Positions 20,378 to 30,172 of a DNA stretch of 64,000 nucleotides are shown piece after piece. This stretch comes from Giardia intestinalis (lineage: Eukaryota), in NCBI GenBank assembly GCA_000002435.2, contig CM018791.1, one strand, 5' to 3'. The number at the start of each line of letters is the position of its first letter. The stretch's first letter is position 1. Under the pieces are notes generated by a model. That model did not search any database. It was not told the DNA's origin and worked only from the letters and a program-made list of their open reading frames with translations. Position numbers and translations under genes: made by a program.

Positions 20378-23065
20378 TTATAGTAGTTTCACAAATTCTA
20401 TGAGAAAGTATAGTCTCCCGTTACTGCCAAGGATTCCGCGACCCTTACGGGTCATCTGTTCCCTATTGGAGCACTTACTAGCATAAAAGACGTGTTTTAG
20501 TAACTTGTTCATATTACTTAATAAGCTATGCTCTTCTTCTTCGGTAATGGGTGTACTAAAGTTCTGGTCATCAAACACCAGTATCATCCTCAACTTATTA
20601 TCAAACACCAAGGTATCGACATGCTCCTTTAATTTGGCCACTATGATTTTGAAGCTCTCTGTGTCGGTGCTCAACTTTGTCATCATGTCTATGGACAGCC
20701 TGTGCTCTTTGAGAATAAAAGGTTGCCTTGCCATGATCGTGTCCTTGAAGAACTGAATCCGGTAGAAGCACTGCTGCTCGACGCGCACTTGAAAGTTTGA
20801 AATGGCAAGCATCATTGAGGTTTCTGCTTTCTGTGTGTGCCTTCCTATTGATGACGGCCGTGCAGAAAGTGGGGGAGTGCTCAATTTGAGGTTGGGTGAA
20901 CAAGAATCCAGTTCGATCTTGAGCTCTGCTAGTAGACGCTCCACAAGTGTGTAAATAGCGTACCGCATGACACACAAATCTAGGTCACTCAGGGCTTGTG
21001 ATACACACGGATTTGGGGCTGAAGTTAGAGAAGCAATTGTAGAGGCAGCTGCACTTGAGTGGTTCGTGTTAGGACCTAGTGTGTAACCATCAAATGTACA
21101 ATCCTCTGGAAGTATCCACCCGTGCATGCTGTATGCGCCTGTATGTAGTATATAGCTCAAACCCTTCAGTAGTGTTTGTGCAGCAGGGCCTTCCATGTCT
21201 ACGAGCGTCTGAGAAAGACTTATCCGCTCACTGGCTTGGATATAGCTGGTTGAATTTCCCAGCTGCCGATAAATAAACTTCTTTGCTGGAGAGGCAGATT
21301 GCTTGTTCAGTGGAGGAGATAATTTTGATTTCGCTATATTGGTAGATGTCTTAGCCCTTCTCGGAGAGGGTTCGCGCAGAGTAGATGGAGGCCTTCCTGT
21401 TGGCGTCAAAGGAGAGTTTGTTAGCTGCAGAATGGACGTGAACGAGCCTGTGTTAGAAAGAGATGCTGGCTGATTGAACAAGACCACTTTCGGAGTTATA
21501 GGGAGGACTGCATCCAGCGTTCTATGTATTCTTTTATGCACTTCTTCATCTCGGTCTTTTAGAAAACTCATGGCATCATACAATTCAGAAACACAGAAAC
21601 ATTGGTTCTTGATGAAGTTTAGATTGTATTTAAGAGACGAAAGAGAAGTCACAGGCTCAGTGGCTTCAATACGGTCAACTGAGTAAAGAATGGGGAAGCC
21701 GGCAGTGTACAACAAGCTAGATGCCCGGGGGAAGAGCCTACAATACCAGTGCAGTGGGATGTTGACATAGTCAGAGCCATAAAACCGTGTTGCCGTGACA
21801 TATTTTATTGTATCGACTACATACCAGACACCTTCAATGGCCACAAGATTGCCAATAAGTGTTTCAGAAAGCTGAATGCGAAAAGCCGGAACACCTGCCT
21901 TGTTAAGAAGAAGCTGGAAAAGGTCTGGGATGATCGATGGAGACCCTATTGTATTGGTCATTACGGAATAGATATCTTTTGGGGAGTTGGTGTAGATGGC
22001 GCGAGTGTACGATGCATTGGTGCATGAGAATATTGGAAGAAGATTACTCATCACAATTGCCAGGCTAGCGTCGCCCACCAGGATACGGCGGATTATATCA
22101 AATACTAAAAGTTCTATCACGAAGGAATAGTCTACTTTGTACCTTTTCACACTGTGGACGGCTTCTCCTGCCGACACGGTCTTCACACGCAGCTTCCGTT
22201 GATAGTCTGCGAGAAACTGCTGCATATGCTGGCACAAATGATCCTGTGTGCGTAGCTTGCGGCACCAAATCGAAGCAGGGGATGACCAGGGGCTCGGATA
22301 TGCGTTGAAACAGATAGTTGTCACGACTGGATCCATACTGCGTGATGGCTCGCCAGCACCTGCCAGCCTAAGAAGCACAGGATAGAGGGTACTGTACTCT
22401 GGATAATCCCAATACAGACACGTCAAAATTAACCGAACATAAGACAGTGTGGTGATTATCTCGGGAACTAGGTTCAATAGACTGATTATAAACCTTCCTG
22501 ATTGAAGAGAATATGATAGAAGCTCATAGAGAAGTAGTAGTGAGCTACTGTACCTTGGGGAGCCCTCTGCTAGCAAAAGACGAGCGTACCGGGCACGGCC
22601 ATGATAGACTATAGCGGCTAATCTAGAGAGTTGATCACTGGAAAGATGTAAGTGGGCCAAGTCTGTGTTGGTGATAGAGGACGGCGCGAACTTGATCTCG
22701 CCTCCATTTGTGAGCTCAAGAAGGTCTTCAGCGTCTGGAATGGACGCTATATTATGTACCTTATGCCTTCGGGTACGCACAGGGGGCATGACTGGAGCTG
22801 TTGGAGCAGAGGGAGGGTGTGGCGGAGCCAATTTGGGTGCTATGTCAACACCGCAGGATTTGGGCCGTTTAGAGTCCCGTGATAAATGTGTGGAAGAACC
22901 AGATGTGTCCTTGTCTGGATCGCGCTGAGAGTCTGAGGCGCTTGACGTCTCTGTCACCTCTTGTGAAGTTCCCATTTGGAGCAGGCTTGTCTCGTCATCT
23001 GTAACAGCTTCCAAATGAGGGGTCACTATGGTGCTATAGCAGCCTGCACTAATCCCAGAACCCAT
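20378..23065 (-). CDS. hypothetical protein (~895 aa)
   Basis: Long ORF; ORF-track start 23092 is TTG, first ATG is at 23065; convergent with previous gene, with a 7-bp gap between stops. Confidence 0.55.
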   Translation of the reverse strand: MGSGISAGCYSTIVTPHLEAVTDDETSLLQMGTSQEVTETSSASDSQRDPDKDTSGSSTHLSRDSKRPKSCGVDIAPKLAPPHPPSAPTAPVMPPVRTRRHKVHNIASIPDAEDLLELTNGGEIKFAPSSITNTDLAHLHLSSDQLSRLAAIVYHGRARYARLLLAEGSPRYSSSLLLLYELLSYSLQSGRFIISLLNLVPEIITTLSYVRLILTCLYWDYPEYSTLYPVLLRLAGAGEPSRSMDPVVTTICFNAYPSPWSSPASIWCRKLRTQDHLCQHMQQFLADYQRKLRVKTVSAGEAVHSVKRYKVDYSFVIELLVFDIIRRILVGDASLAIVMSNLLPIFSCTNASYTRAIYTNSPKDIYSVMTNTIGSPSIIPDLFQLLLNKAGVPAFRIQLSETLIGNLVAIEGVWYVVDTIKYVTATRFYGSDYVNIPLHWYCRLFPRASSLLYTAGFPILYSVDRIEATEPVTSLSSLKYNLNFIKNQCFCVSELYDAMSFLKDRDEEVHKRIHRTLDAVLPITPKVVLFNQPASLSNTGSFTSILQLTNSPLTPTGRPPSTLREPSPRRAKTSTNIAKSKLSPPLNKQSASPAKKFIYRQLGNSTSYIQASERISLSQTLVDMEGPAAQTLLKGLSYILHTGAYSMHGWILPEDCTFDGYTLGPNTNHSSAAASTIASLTSAPNPCVSQALSDLDLCVMRYAIYTLVERLLAELKIELDSCSPNLKLSTPPLSARPSSIGRHTQKAETSMMLAISNFQVRVEQQCFYRIQFFKDTIMARQPFILKEHRLSIDMMTKLSTDTESFKIIVAKLKEHVDTLVFDNKLRMILVFDDQNFSTPITEEEEHSLLSNMNKLLKHVFYASKCSNREQMTRKGRGILGSNGRLYFLIEFVKLL

Positions 23066-23097
23066 CGCGGGAGGGATACCTCTCTGAGCCAAAATTT

Positions 23098-23904
23098 ATG
23101 TCTGTCTCACACTTAGCCCCGGAGTCGGCCAACCCGCAATGTGTGGATGACGTGTGTCTTAATTTGGTAGCATGCAAGAGCACACCGCATGATCGTGATA
23201 TTATGGAGCCGCAACTAAAGCATTTTACCGGTATCACAGACCCCTCTGCCTCACAGAAAACATTCTCGCTGTCCAAGCTTTGCGGGGAGCAGATTACAGG
23301 TACGCAAAAGGAAACTAAAGAAGATGAGGTGGCATCGACGCAGCAGACCCTGGTAATGTCCTGGAGATATGACAGCGATCCTCCGAAAATAACACGTAAG
23401 GAGATAGAGGACGCATTTAAAGCGCTCTCTATCGACACTTCTGTGACGGGGACAAGGGAATTCCAACATAAAATTTACATAGACTGCCTAACAAGGGTGA
23501 CCAAGCCACAGTTTGGGCCGATATGTCGCTACTTTGAGAGTTTGCACAAAAACACCCAGTTCTTCATGAGATATGATAAAGTGAACGACGAGGAGCAGGC
23601 GACTGTGTTCTTGGGAAACGTTCTTGGCCTCACTGCAAACGATCTGGCTAAATCCATCGAGCAAAGGCTTGGATTCATCCCCAAAGCTATTCGAATACCT
23701 ATTAACAAGCACACTGAAAAGCCTAAGCCAGTCGCATACGTGGTCTGTGATTCACGCGATCAAGCCAAAGAGCTGGCAGAAAACCTACGGGGCGAAAAGC
23801 TCGGTCTGTCCAGTGGCATCCGCACCGATCTGCTGGTTCACGAGGGCGAGTCCCGTGTAACTCTCAAGCCTAGGAAGCAACACAGTAAGTCTAAGACATC
23901 TTAG
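23098..23904 (+). CDS. hypothetical protein with RRM-like C-terminal half
   Basis: Segment ATVFLGNV...KPVAYVVCDSRDQAKELAENLRGEKLG resembles RNP2/RNP1 of an RNA-recognition motif. Confidence 0.4.
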   Translation: MSVSHLAPESANPQCVDDVCLNLVACKSTPHDRDIMEPQLKHFTGITDPSASQKTFSLSKLCGEQITGTQKETKEDEVASTQQTLVMSWRYDSDPPKITRKEIEDAFKALSIDTSVTGTREFQHKIYIDCLTRVTKPQFGPICRYFESLHKNTQFFMRYDKVNDEEQATVFLGNVLGLTANDLAKSIEQRLGFIPKAIRIPINKHTEKPKPVAYVVCDSRDQAKELAENLRGEKLGLSSGIRTDLLVHEGESRVTLKPRKQHSKSKTS

Positions 23905-24193
23905 ATTCAGATTCTAACTTGTTGCACACCTGTGCAAAAAAGTCGTCGGTGAACTGCTGACTCTGAGACATAAGCAAGCCCTCGATGGTAGGATACCCTA
24001 TCTGCGTTGCATGCTCTGGGGGACTGAGCACCTTGAACCCGGCTTCAGATAAATGAATGGTGAGAAGGACCCCGTGGAGCTTCAAAGTAAATGTAGCCGC
24101 AGTGGAGCTATGATCTAAGACGTTGACAAGCTCAAAGTCTCCAGCCGCAGAGCGTGATCGTATATACTCTAATTCCTCCTTGACCATAAGCAT
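23891..24193 (-). CDS. small hypothetical protein (100 aa)
   Basis: ATG-initiated ORF filling the gap between two genes; non-repetitive composition. Confidence 0.35.
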   Translation of the reverse strand: MLMVKEELEYIRSRSAAGDFELVNVLDHSSTAATFTLKLHGVLLTIHLSEAGFKVLSPPEHATQIGYPTIEGLLMSQSQQFTDDFFAQVCNKLESESKMS

Positions 24194-24250
24194 TTTTGGT
24201 TTCTCAATTTCGACGCTTGTGCACTACTTCCGGAAGCGTTAATGTACATA

Positions 24251-27200
24251 CTAATATGTGGGGCTATTGAAGTCTTCATTGCTTCCCAGCATCGTACTCT
24301 TGGCTCTGCTGCTCTGCTGCTTTCCCTTACGATGCTGACTCCGTATCATGAGATTCAAGGCCTTGACATCTTTATTTAACCGGACCCACAGAACGAGTGC
24401 CATAGTGTTCAGCGCCACAGCAAAGGCCGCGGCAACGGAGAAGGTGATAATGTACGTGGTGTTGTAGTCCTGGGATTGGATTGTGATGCTGGGGATGAAC
24501 CCCGAGTGTATACTAGTGTTAGTGACGCCGTCTATGGTGAGGCCCACGAGGGCTGTCTTCTTTTTGTTCCACAATTCGGCAAGGACTCTCTGGCAGCTCA
24601 TTCCAGCGTACTCCGTGCCAAAACCAGGCACCCAGTCTGTTTCGCATGAGAACCTGAGCACGTCTGTATCTCTGCTGAAGGTGCCTTGCTTTGCGAGCTT
24701 CCCCATTGAAAGGAGCATGGAGGAGTTGGTGTATATCTCGGCAGTGATCATATAGACGAGGGCGCCGGCCTCATTCAGACGGGTACTTGACACGTTGACA
24801 AGGTCGACTCCCTGCCAGATGGCGGCCTGCTCCAGGGTAGGGATGCTGCAATCCTTGGCCCCAGACTCTTGGAGGCGCAGGCTGAGGACTGTGGGTTCCA
24901 CTATGACTACGGTTCCGTTATAGCACCCAAGGTTGTATGTTACGTAATAGAAAGTAGACCGAATCATCCCGTTTCCAGAGGTGTCCATACTATCGTAAAA
25001 GGTGATGCGCACGTACCCATTCAACTTCTTCACAGTGCTAGTTGATACATTAGCAAAGAAACTGCGGCAACTGTCGGGGTGCACTGTCTTGTGATACCCT
25101 GTTCCACACAAAAACGGGATTGAAGCTGTCGACGTATAGGAAAAAGATGGAAAGGGTCTTTCTAAGACTATGGAATCGCTCGTTCTTTCATCCCTGACAA
25201 CCGCTGTTAACACAATTTGCTTAGTGGTGGGAGGAATAGAGCACAAGTGACTATTGATAGTATCATATCCTTTCATTACTGTGAAGACACTAATAGGTGA
25301 AATGACAACGCTGAACTCCTGTATGCAGTCCTCCATGTAGGTTGTTCGCAGGCTTGATAGTTCCACATCTACGTTTGCCTCCACTTCATCAATAATAAGC
25401 TGCAAAGACAATGTACCAGTCAACCAACTGACAGTAAAGTAGCTGTTGATACGACTAGCTAAGGCTGTATCGCGTTCATCGAGGGAGGCGCAATATGTTA
25501 ACTTTGAACTGGATATGGCTTCCACGGGTAGAGAGTATCTGTCATCTCGAGAAGTTAGATTATCGTTAAAATGAACAATAAGGGTGGATTGCACAATCTG
25601 GTTAGTAGATAAATAGGGGCATGCTTGGTTCCATGATAACCGAGCACATAACTGCGTGGTAGTTTCTTCCAGGGATTTGATATACTGAATACTGGAACCT
25701 TTGCTTATAAAGCAAGTATCATAGTCATACTTATCAAGAAGTATGTCACTTATAATAGTTGGCATGATATGCGTCGCTGACTCTATGGAAACAGAAGCGG
25801 ACGTGCTTGTTATCATCGCCAGCTTGCAGCTCTGCAAGGAGCTGGGATTACATGCGAGCCTTATCATGTTTGTATTTGAGAAACTAAAGTCGGATAGAGT
25901 CTGCACTATGGTGTCTTCGTAATCTGATAGGTTGAGTCGGACAATGGCCGTCGTGGAAAACGCTGCCCTGCACTCGGCAGTGTTTCTGGGACGCACGTTT
26001 AAAGTGAATGATAGGTTTTCATAGTTTGCTTGCAAGCTGATGTCCTCGCACCAGCATCCTTTTATCTCTGCCAAAACGGGGGCGTCCGCTCGCCGCACGC
26101 ATCTGTGGGTCTCCTGGTCGCACACGCTCAGTAGCGGGCAGTCGCTGTCGATGATGCAGCCAGCTTTGCACAGGTTGCCGCCGGCACAGGTCATAGAGAT
26201 CTGGTTCAGGGGAGATGTGGCTTGGGCAGCCAGCTGCTGAGTATTGTAATTGGCGTTACTCTCGAAAACACTGGGGTCCAAGGGCTTATTGTTTGTGCCT
26301 GTCCTCATTGGATCGCAGGGACTGTCGCTGTTTTTGGAGTCACATGTCAGATAGCAGAATCCGTCATCCAGGCCCTTGGTGTAACCATCTTGGCACGTCT
26401 CGGTCTTGAAGCGACACACCCCATCCAGTGCACACAGGGAAGGGTGTGGGCAGGCAACGCTCTTGCATTGGTAGTTGCAGGTTCCCTCGAAGGAGCACAG
26501 CCGGCCGCCCGTGCAATCCACGTCGCTGACGCAGACAGCCATGCAGTGGAGGCCTATGCAGGACAGTTTTGGGGTTTCTGTGCAGTCAGTATCACTACTA
26601 CACTTCTTAAAGCAAGAGCCGTAGAGGCATTCTTCCTTGTCCTGGCACTTGCTGCATTGATTGCGGCAGATACCGTCAGCCCCGCAAACCTGATCTGCAG
26701 AGCAATCGGTGCTACACTTCCAGACACAGGTGCCCGTGCTTGACGAGGTGGAGATGTTGCAGGTTTGTGAGGAAGAACAGTCAGCGTCATCCTTGCACCC
26801 GTCTTTGCAGTGCCCATTAAGACACGCCTCTCCAGTGATAACGCTGCAGTCCGCATTGAAGTAGCAGACCTTTTCGCAGTCTCCTGCGAGCGAGCACATG
26901 TAGCCACTGGGGCAGTCGGTGGCCTGGGCGCACTTCTGCCTGCAGACGCCGTTCCAGCAGTGAAGCCTCCCCTCTGATAAGCACTCCTTGGATTCCGTGC
27001 ATGTCCTGAAGCAAGACTCGTCTCTACAGACGGAGCCAGTGGGACAGTCGGTGTCACTAGCACATGTCTGGCGACAGATGCCGTCTATTCCGCAAGAGGT
27101 TTGGCCTGCACAAGACCCTGTGCAGCTCCAGCCACAAACTCCTTCAGCAGAACCAGAGGTGATGCAGCGCTGATTGTTTCCGCATCCCTGATCATTAGTA

Positions 27201-27463
27201 CATCTCATGGAACAGTGCCCATTGGTGCACTTCTGGCCTGCAGGGTAAATGCACGTGCCCTGGTGAGAGCATTTTTGCTGACATTTATTACTTGAACAAG
27301 CGACTATACCTGATGGTAGTGCTAAACTGGTTGAACATTCAGCATCATTGGAACACGATATTTGCTTTATATCTTCAACAACAGAGATAGCAGTATGTAG
27401 GTCACATAGTGCTGTGGTAATTGTAGTTAATAAGACAAGCAATCCGTAGATCACTGCATGCAT
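24251..27463 (-). CDS. high-cysteine membrane protein (HCMP-type, VSP-like Cys repeats but no CRGKA tail), bipartite ectodomain
   Basis: Signal peptide MHAVIYGLLVLLTTITTALC; ~480 aa of repeated C.TDCP.G..C / CxxC modules; then ~550 aa Cys-poor S/T-rich region; single TM (IITFSVAAAFAVALNTMALVLWV) and ~50-aa cytoplasmic tail. Confidence 0.8.
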   Translation of the reverse strand: MHAVIYGLLVLLTTITTALCDLHTAISVVEDIKQISCSNDAECSTSLALPSGIVACSSNKCQQKCSHQGTCIYPAGQKCTNGHCSMRCTNDQGCGNNQRCITSGSAEGVCGWSCTGSCAGQTSCGIDGICRQTCASDTDCPTGSVCRDESCFRTCTESKECLSEGRLHCWNGVCRQKCAQATDCPSGYMCSLAGDCEKVCYFNADCSVITGEACLNGHCKDGCKDDADCSSSQTCNISTSSSTGTCVWKCSTDCSADQVCGADGICRNQCSKCQDKEECLYGSCFKKCSSDTDCTETPKLSCIGLHCMAVCVSDVDCTGGRLCSFEGTCNYQCKSVACPHPSLCALDGVCRFKTETCQDGYTKGLDDGFCYLTCDSKNSDSPCDPMRTGTNNKPLDPSVFESNANYNTQQLAAQATSPLNQISMTCAGGNLCKAGCIIDSDCPLLSVCDQETHRCVRRADAPVLAEIKGCWCEDISLQANYENLSFTLNVRPRNTAECRAAFSTTAIVRLNLSDYEDTIVQTLSDFSFSNTNMIRLACNPSSLQSCKLAMITSTSASVSIESATHIMPTIISDILLDKYDYDTCFISKGSSIQYIKSLEETTTQLCARLSWNQACPYLSTNQIVQSTLIVHFNDNLTSRDDRYSLPVEAISSSKLTYCASLDERDTALASRINSYFTVSWLTGTLSLQLIIDEVEANVDVELSSLRTTYMEDCIQEFSVVISPISVFTVMKGYDTINSHLCSIPPTTKQIVLTAVVRDERTSDSIVLERPFPSFSYTSTASIPFLCGTGYHKTVHPDSCRSFFANVSTSTVKKLNGYVRITFYDSMDTSGNGMIRSTFYYVTYNLGCYNGTVVIVEPTVLSLRLQESGAKDCSIPTLEQAAIWQGVDLVNVSSTRLNEAGALVYMITAEIYTNSSMLLSMGKLAKQGTFSRDTDVLRFSCETDWVPGFGTEYAGMSCQRVLAELWNKKKTALVGLTIDGVTNTSIHSGFIPSITIQSQDYNTTYIITFSVAAAFAVALNTMALVLWVRLNKDVKALNLMIRSQHRKGKQQSSRAKSTMLGSNEDFNSPTY

Positions 27464-27612
27464 AGTTTCGTTATGGCAACTTGCAAAAACACTGTCTCAG
27501 TTGTTATAAGTAAAAATATACTTGTGAGAGCCAAAGCTTTCAATTTTTTGATCTCATTTCAGTCCCTAGGTCCTGCACATCATAAGGTAGCCCGTCAGGC
27601 AATTGTGGCAGT

Positions 27613-30120
27613 ATGATTGCTTCGGCCTTCCTCCTCCTTTTCTATGCCAACACTCTTGCCCAGAATATCGGGCAAGATTTTTCTATCCTGGTAACTGCCA
27701 ATACTCCCACAGATGTTTCGCTAACCTTTAAAGAGGCCCTTCCAAACCTTGTTCCTATTCACAACAGCATCAGCATCGCATCTACTGTCCCTGTATCGGT
27801 TGTAATTCTTATGCTGGATTCCAATGACGAAAGCATTTACACTAAGACTGTTGAAGGAACAGCGATCTTTGAGTACAACATTTATCTGGAGCAGACAGGT
27901 GCATACAATCTTCGGCTGACCTCAAATGTCACGACCACACTTAAGGTGCTTGTTGAGCCCTTGCATCAGGAGTACCTTGGAGCAATTAATATTAGATCAA
28001 ACGAGCGTGTAGTTTACATCAAGGAGTTCTTGACGCTGGAGTCTGCAACCATCCTCTTAACGCATATACCCTCGGGGGTGACTGTGCACTACACTGTCTG
28101 CAACGGGGCTCCATCGAACCCTGTCCTGAGTCCCGGAGTGTGCAGCTCCTCTGCAAAGGTTGTTGCAAGTGACGGACAGGCGCTATTCTTCTTCCACGCA
28201 AAGACCGTGTTTCCAATCAGTGAACAGGTCGGCTCCAATATATGGTTATACACTTTCGAGTTTGATTTACCCAACCCCCTGACGGAAGCTGCTGCAGGCT
28301 CCATCACCTTCCTTAGTGTGAGAAAGCTAGACAGCGATACTGTGACCAACATCACATACCCTCTGCAGCTCGATGGTGAGTTCGTTTCCATTTCAGCCTT
28401 CGACTCCATCTCTGTTGTGTATAAAAATGATGTTCTTGTCACCCCGCAGCTTCTCCTTGAAGTATCTCTGCCATCTGAGTTTGTTATTACCAATATTTGT
28501 GTAAGCCATATCTCACCCTTTAACAACTGCGCGCCCGTGAAGACTGACTCTGCGTCTGTAAAGTTATCCATACCACTACCTGATTTTAAGCCAAGTACCC
28601 TCTACTACTTAGCCGTCTTTTGTGTGCTGACAAGTGACCAGCGCGAAAGCACCGTGGGGATCACCTCAGTGAAGCTAACAATGGCTACAGAAATAGAGCC
28701 AACGCCCATTGACTCCACATCTCCGGCTGCGTATAAGATGCTATGGTATGATGACACCGTCTATGATAAGCTTTTCTCTCCTTCACGACAAATTCACTTA
28801 AAACTCACAATCCCGAACACAGGGCTTCTTTTCGAGGGAGCTGATATCTATGTTGACTATCATCCTGCTACTCCCACAGAGATAGACGCTGACGGCCTTT
28901 GTCGGTATTCCACGAGGATAACGTCTGCTGATACTCAGACCATTTACTACTATGACATTCTTCACAATATGCACATGTATAAGGCTAGACCGGGAACATA
29001 CTACATTATCCTACATCCACACCTGATGTGCCTGAATACAGGGAAGATGTCGGTTCTGGAAGCCACCGTCTTCATCAAGATGTTCTCGACTAAAACGACT
29101 TTCAATCAAACGCAGTTAATAGAACGACATCAGCTCACAGTTGGGCTACTCTTTAGCCCTGCAGCCAGGCCCCTTGACCAAGTTGCAGACCCCTTGAAAC
29201 TAAACTTGTCACCGTTCCTGATACCATTCTCGGCAATAGCGGCAACAGAGGAGCTGACCCTATTCTACAACAGAGAATACGCAGATGACAACACCATTTG
29301 CTTCGAGCTGGCTCTGGGATCCCATGTCGATTTGCTTATCTCTGAAGTGACCAGGTACACTACCTTTGCTACCAACCAATCTGTGTACATTAAAAGCCTA
29401 AGCATAAAACCCAACTGTTTCAGCGTCTCAAAGAGCGCCACTAACACGCTGAGTGATAGTGCCCTGAGTACCGTTTTGAAACTCCAGATACACTCCACTA
29501 ATACGCTAAGCACTACAGCGCCTAGCGCCACCCTCTTCTGTGTCTACTCCTTACCAGCTGTCATTAAGGAATATATAATAATGCCAGCTAATCCTGCCTT
29601 TAGTGTCGTTTTCCCGGATAAATCCAAAATGGTGATGAGTTTTAGAGCCCTTTCGTCGCTTGTCTCTAACGTTAAAATAAAATACAGCATATTTATCATT
29701 CCAGTGGGAAGAGAAAATATCAATCCGGTGCCAACAACCTTTTGTGGCGTTCTTACAGCCATCACGCATGCATTAAATCCGGCCTGGAGGCAGCCTATTT
29801 TCAATTTGACTAGCAGTGTTGAGAAGCAAGACTATATTATTGCAAACATTCCTCTTTCACAGTTCCCCATAGGGACAAACCCCCTTACTCAGGAGTACAA
29901 CGCCTTTGTAATTGTAGAGGATGTTCTGGCAGGGACAACCGGTCTTTATATCAGCAGCAGGATCAAGTATGCTAAGATTAAGTTAACCAAACCAATTGTC
30001 ATTCAGTTGGGTATATCCTGTTCTATTATTATTCTCTCTGTGATAGGAATTATTATTACGGCCATCTTTTGCGGGCGCATGCTTAACGTGCATTACAGAC
30101 AAAAGCGCGTATTAGTGTGA
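27613..30120 (+). CDS. type-I membrane/surface protein, hypothetical (835 aa)
   Basis: N-terminal signal peptide MIASAFLLLFYANTLAQ; large S/T-rich ectodomain with many NxS/T; C-terminal TM IVIQLGISCSIIILSVIGIIITAIF and short basic tail. Confidence 0.65.
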   Translation: MIASAFLLLFYANTLAQNIGQDFSILVTANTPTDVSLTFKEALPNLVPIHNSISIASTVPVSVVILMLDSNDESIYTKTVEGTAIFEYNIYLEQTGAYNLRLTSNVTTTLKVLVEPLHQEYLGAINIRSNERVVYIKEFLTLESATILLTHIPSGVTVHYTVCNGAPSNPVLSPGVCSSSAKVVASDGQALFFFHAKTVFPISEQVGSNIWLYTFEFDLPNPLTEAAAGSITFLSVRKLDSDTVTNITYPLQLDGEFVSISAFDSISVVYKNDVLVTPQLLLEVSLPSEFVITNICVSHISPFNNCAPVKTDSASVKLSIPLPDFKPSTLYYLAVFCVLTSDQRESTVGITSVKLTMATEIEPTPIDSTSPAAYKMLWYDDTVYDKLFSPSRQIHLKLTIPNTGLLFEGADIYVDYHPATPTEIDADGLCRYSTRITSADTQTIYYYDILHNMHMYKARPGTYYIILHPHLMCLNTGKMSVLEATVFIKMFSTKTTFNQTQLIERHQLTVGLLFSPAARPLDQVADPLKLNLSPFLIPFSAIAATEELTLFYNREYADDNTICFELALGSHVDLLISEVTRYTTFATNQSVYIKSLSIKPNCFSVSKSATNTLSDSALSTVLKLQIHSTNTLSTTAPSATLFCVYSLPAVIKEYIIMPANPAFSVVFPDKSKMVMSFRALSSLVSNVKIKYSIFIIPVGRENINPVPTTFCGVLTAITHALNPAWRQPIFNLTSSVEKQDYIIANIPLSQFPIGTNPLTQEYNAFVIVEDVLAGTTGLYISSRIKYAKIKLTKPIVIQLGISCSIIILSVIGIIITAIFCGRMLNVHYRQKRVLV

Positions 30121-30130
30121 CTGGCCCAGG

Positions 30131-30137
30131 AGTAAAT
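30131..30137 (+). promoter_or_regulatory. putative polyadenylation signal AGTAAAT
   Basis: 11 nt downstream of TGA stop at 30118-30120. Confidence 0.4.
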
Positions 30138-30172
30138 GTCTCTACATCGTATGAGTGAGTTTAAAATTTGAA

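Noticed and set aside
26020-27300. Cluster of long antisense and alternative-frame ORFs (26222..26743+, 26554..27063-, 26817..27014-, 26040..26240+)
   Set aside because: They lie within the Cys-repeat region of the HCMP gene; TGY/GCA-rich codon periodicity keeps off-frames open; their translations are A/R/P/G-rich junk.
24251-27463. Classifying the Cys-rich membrane protein as a variant-specific surface protein (VSP)
   Set aside because: There is no C-terminal CRGKA pentapeptide, the cytoplasmic tail is ~50 aa, and half the ectodomain is Cys-poor, so it fits HCMP-type rather than VSP.
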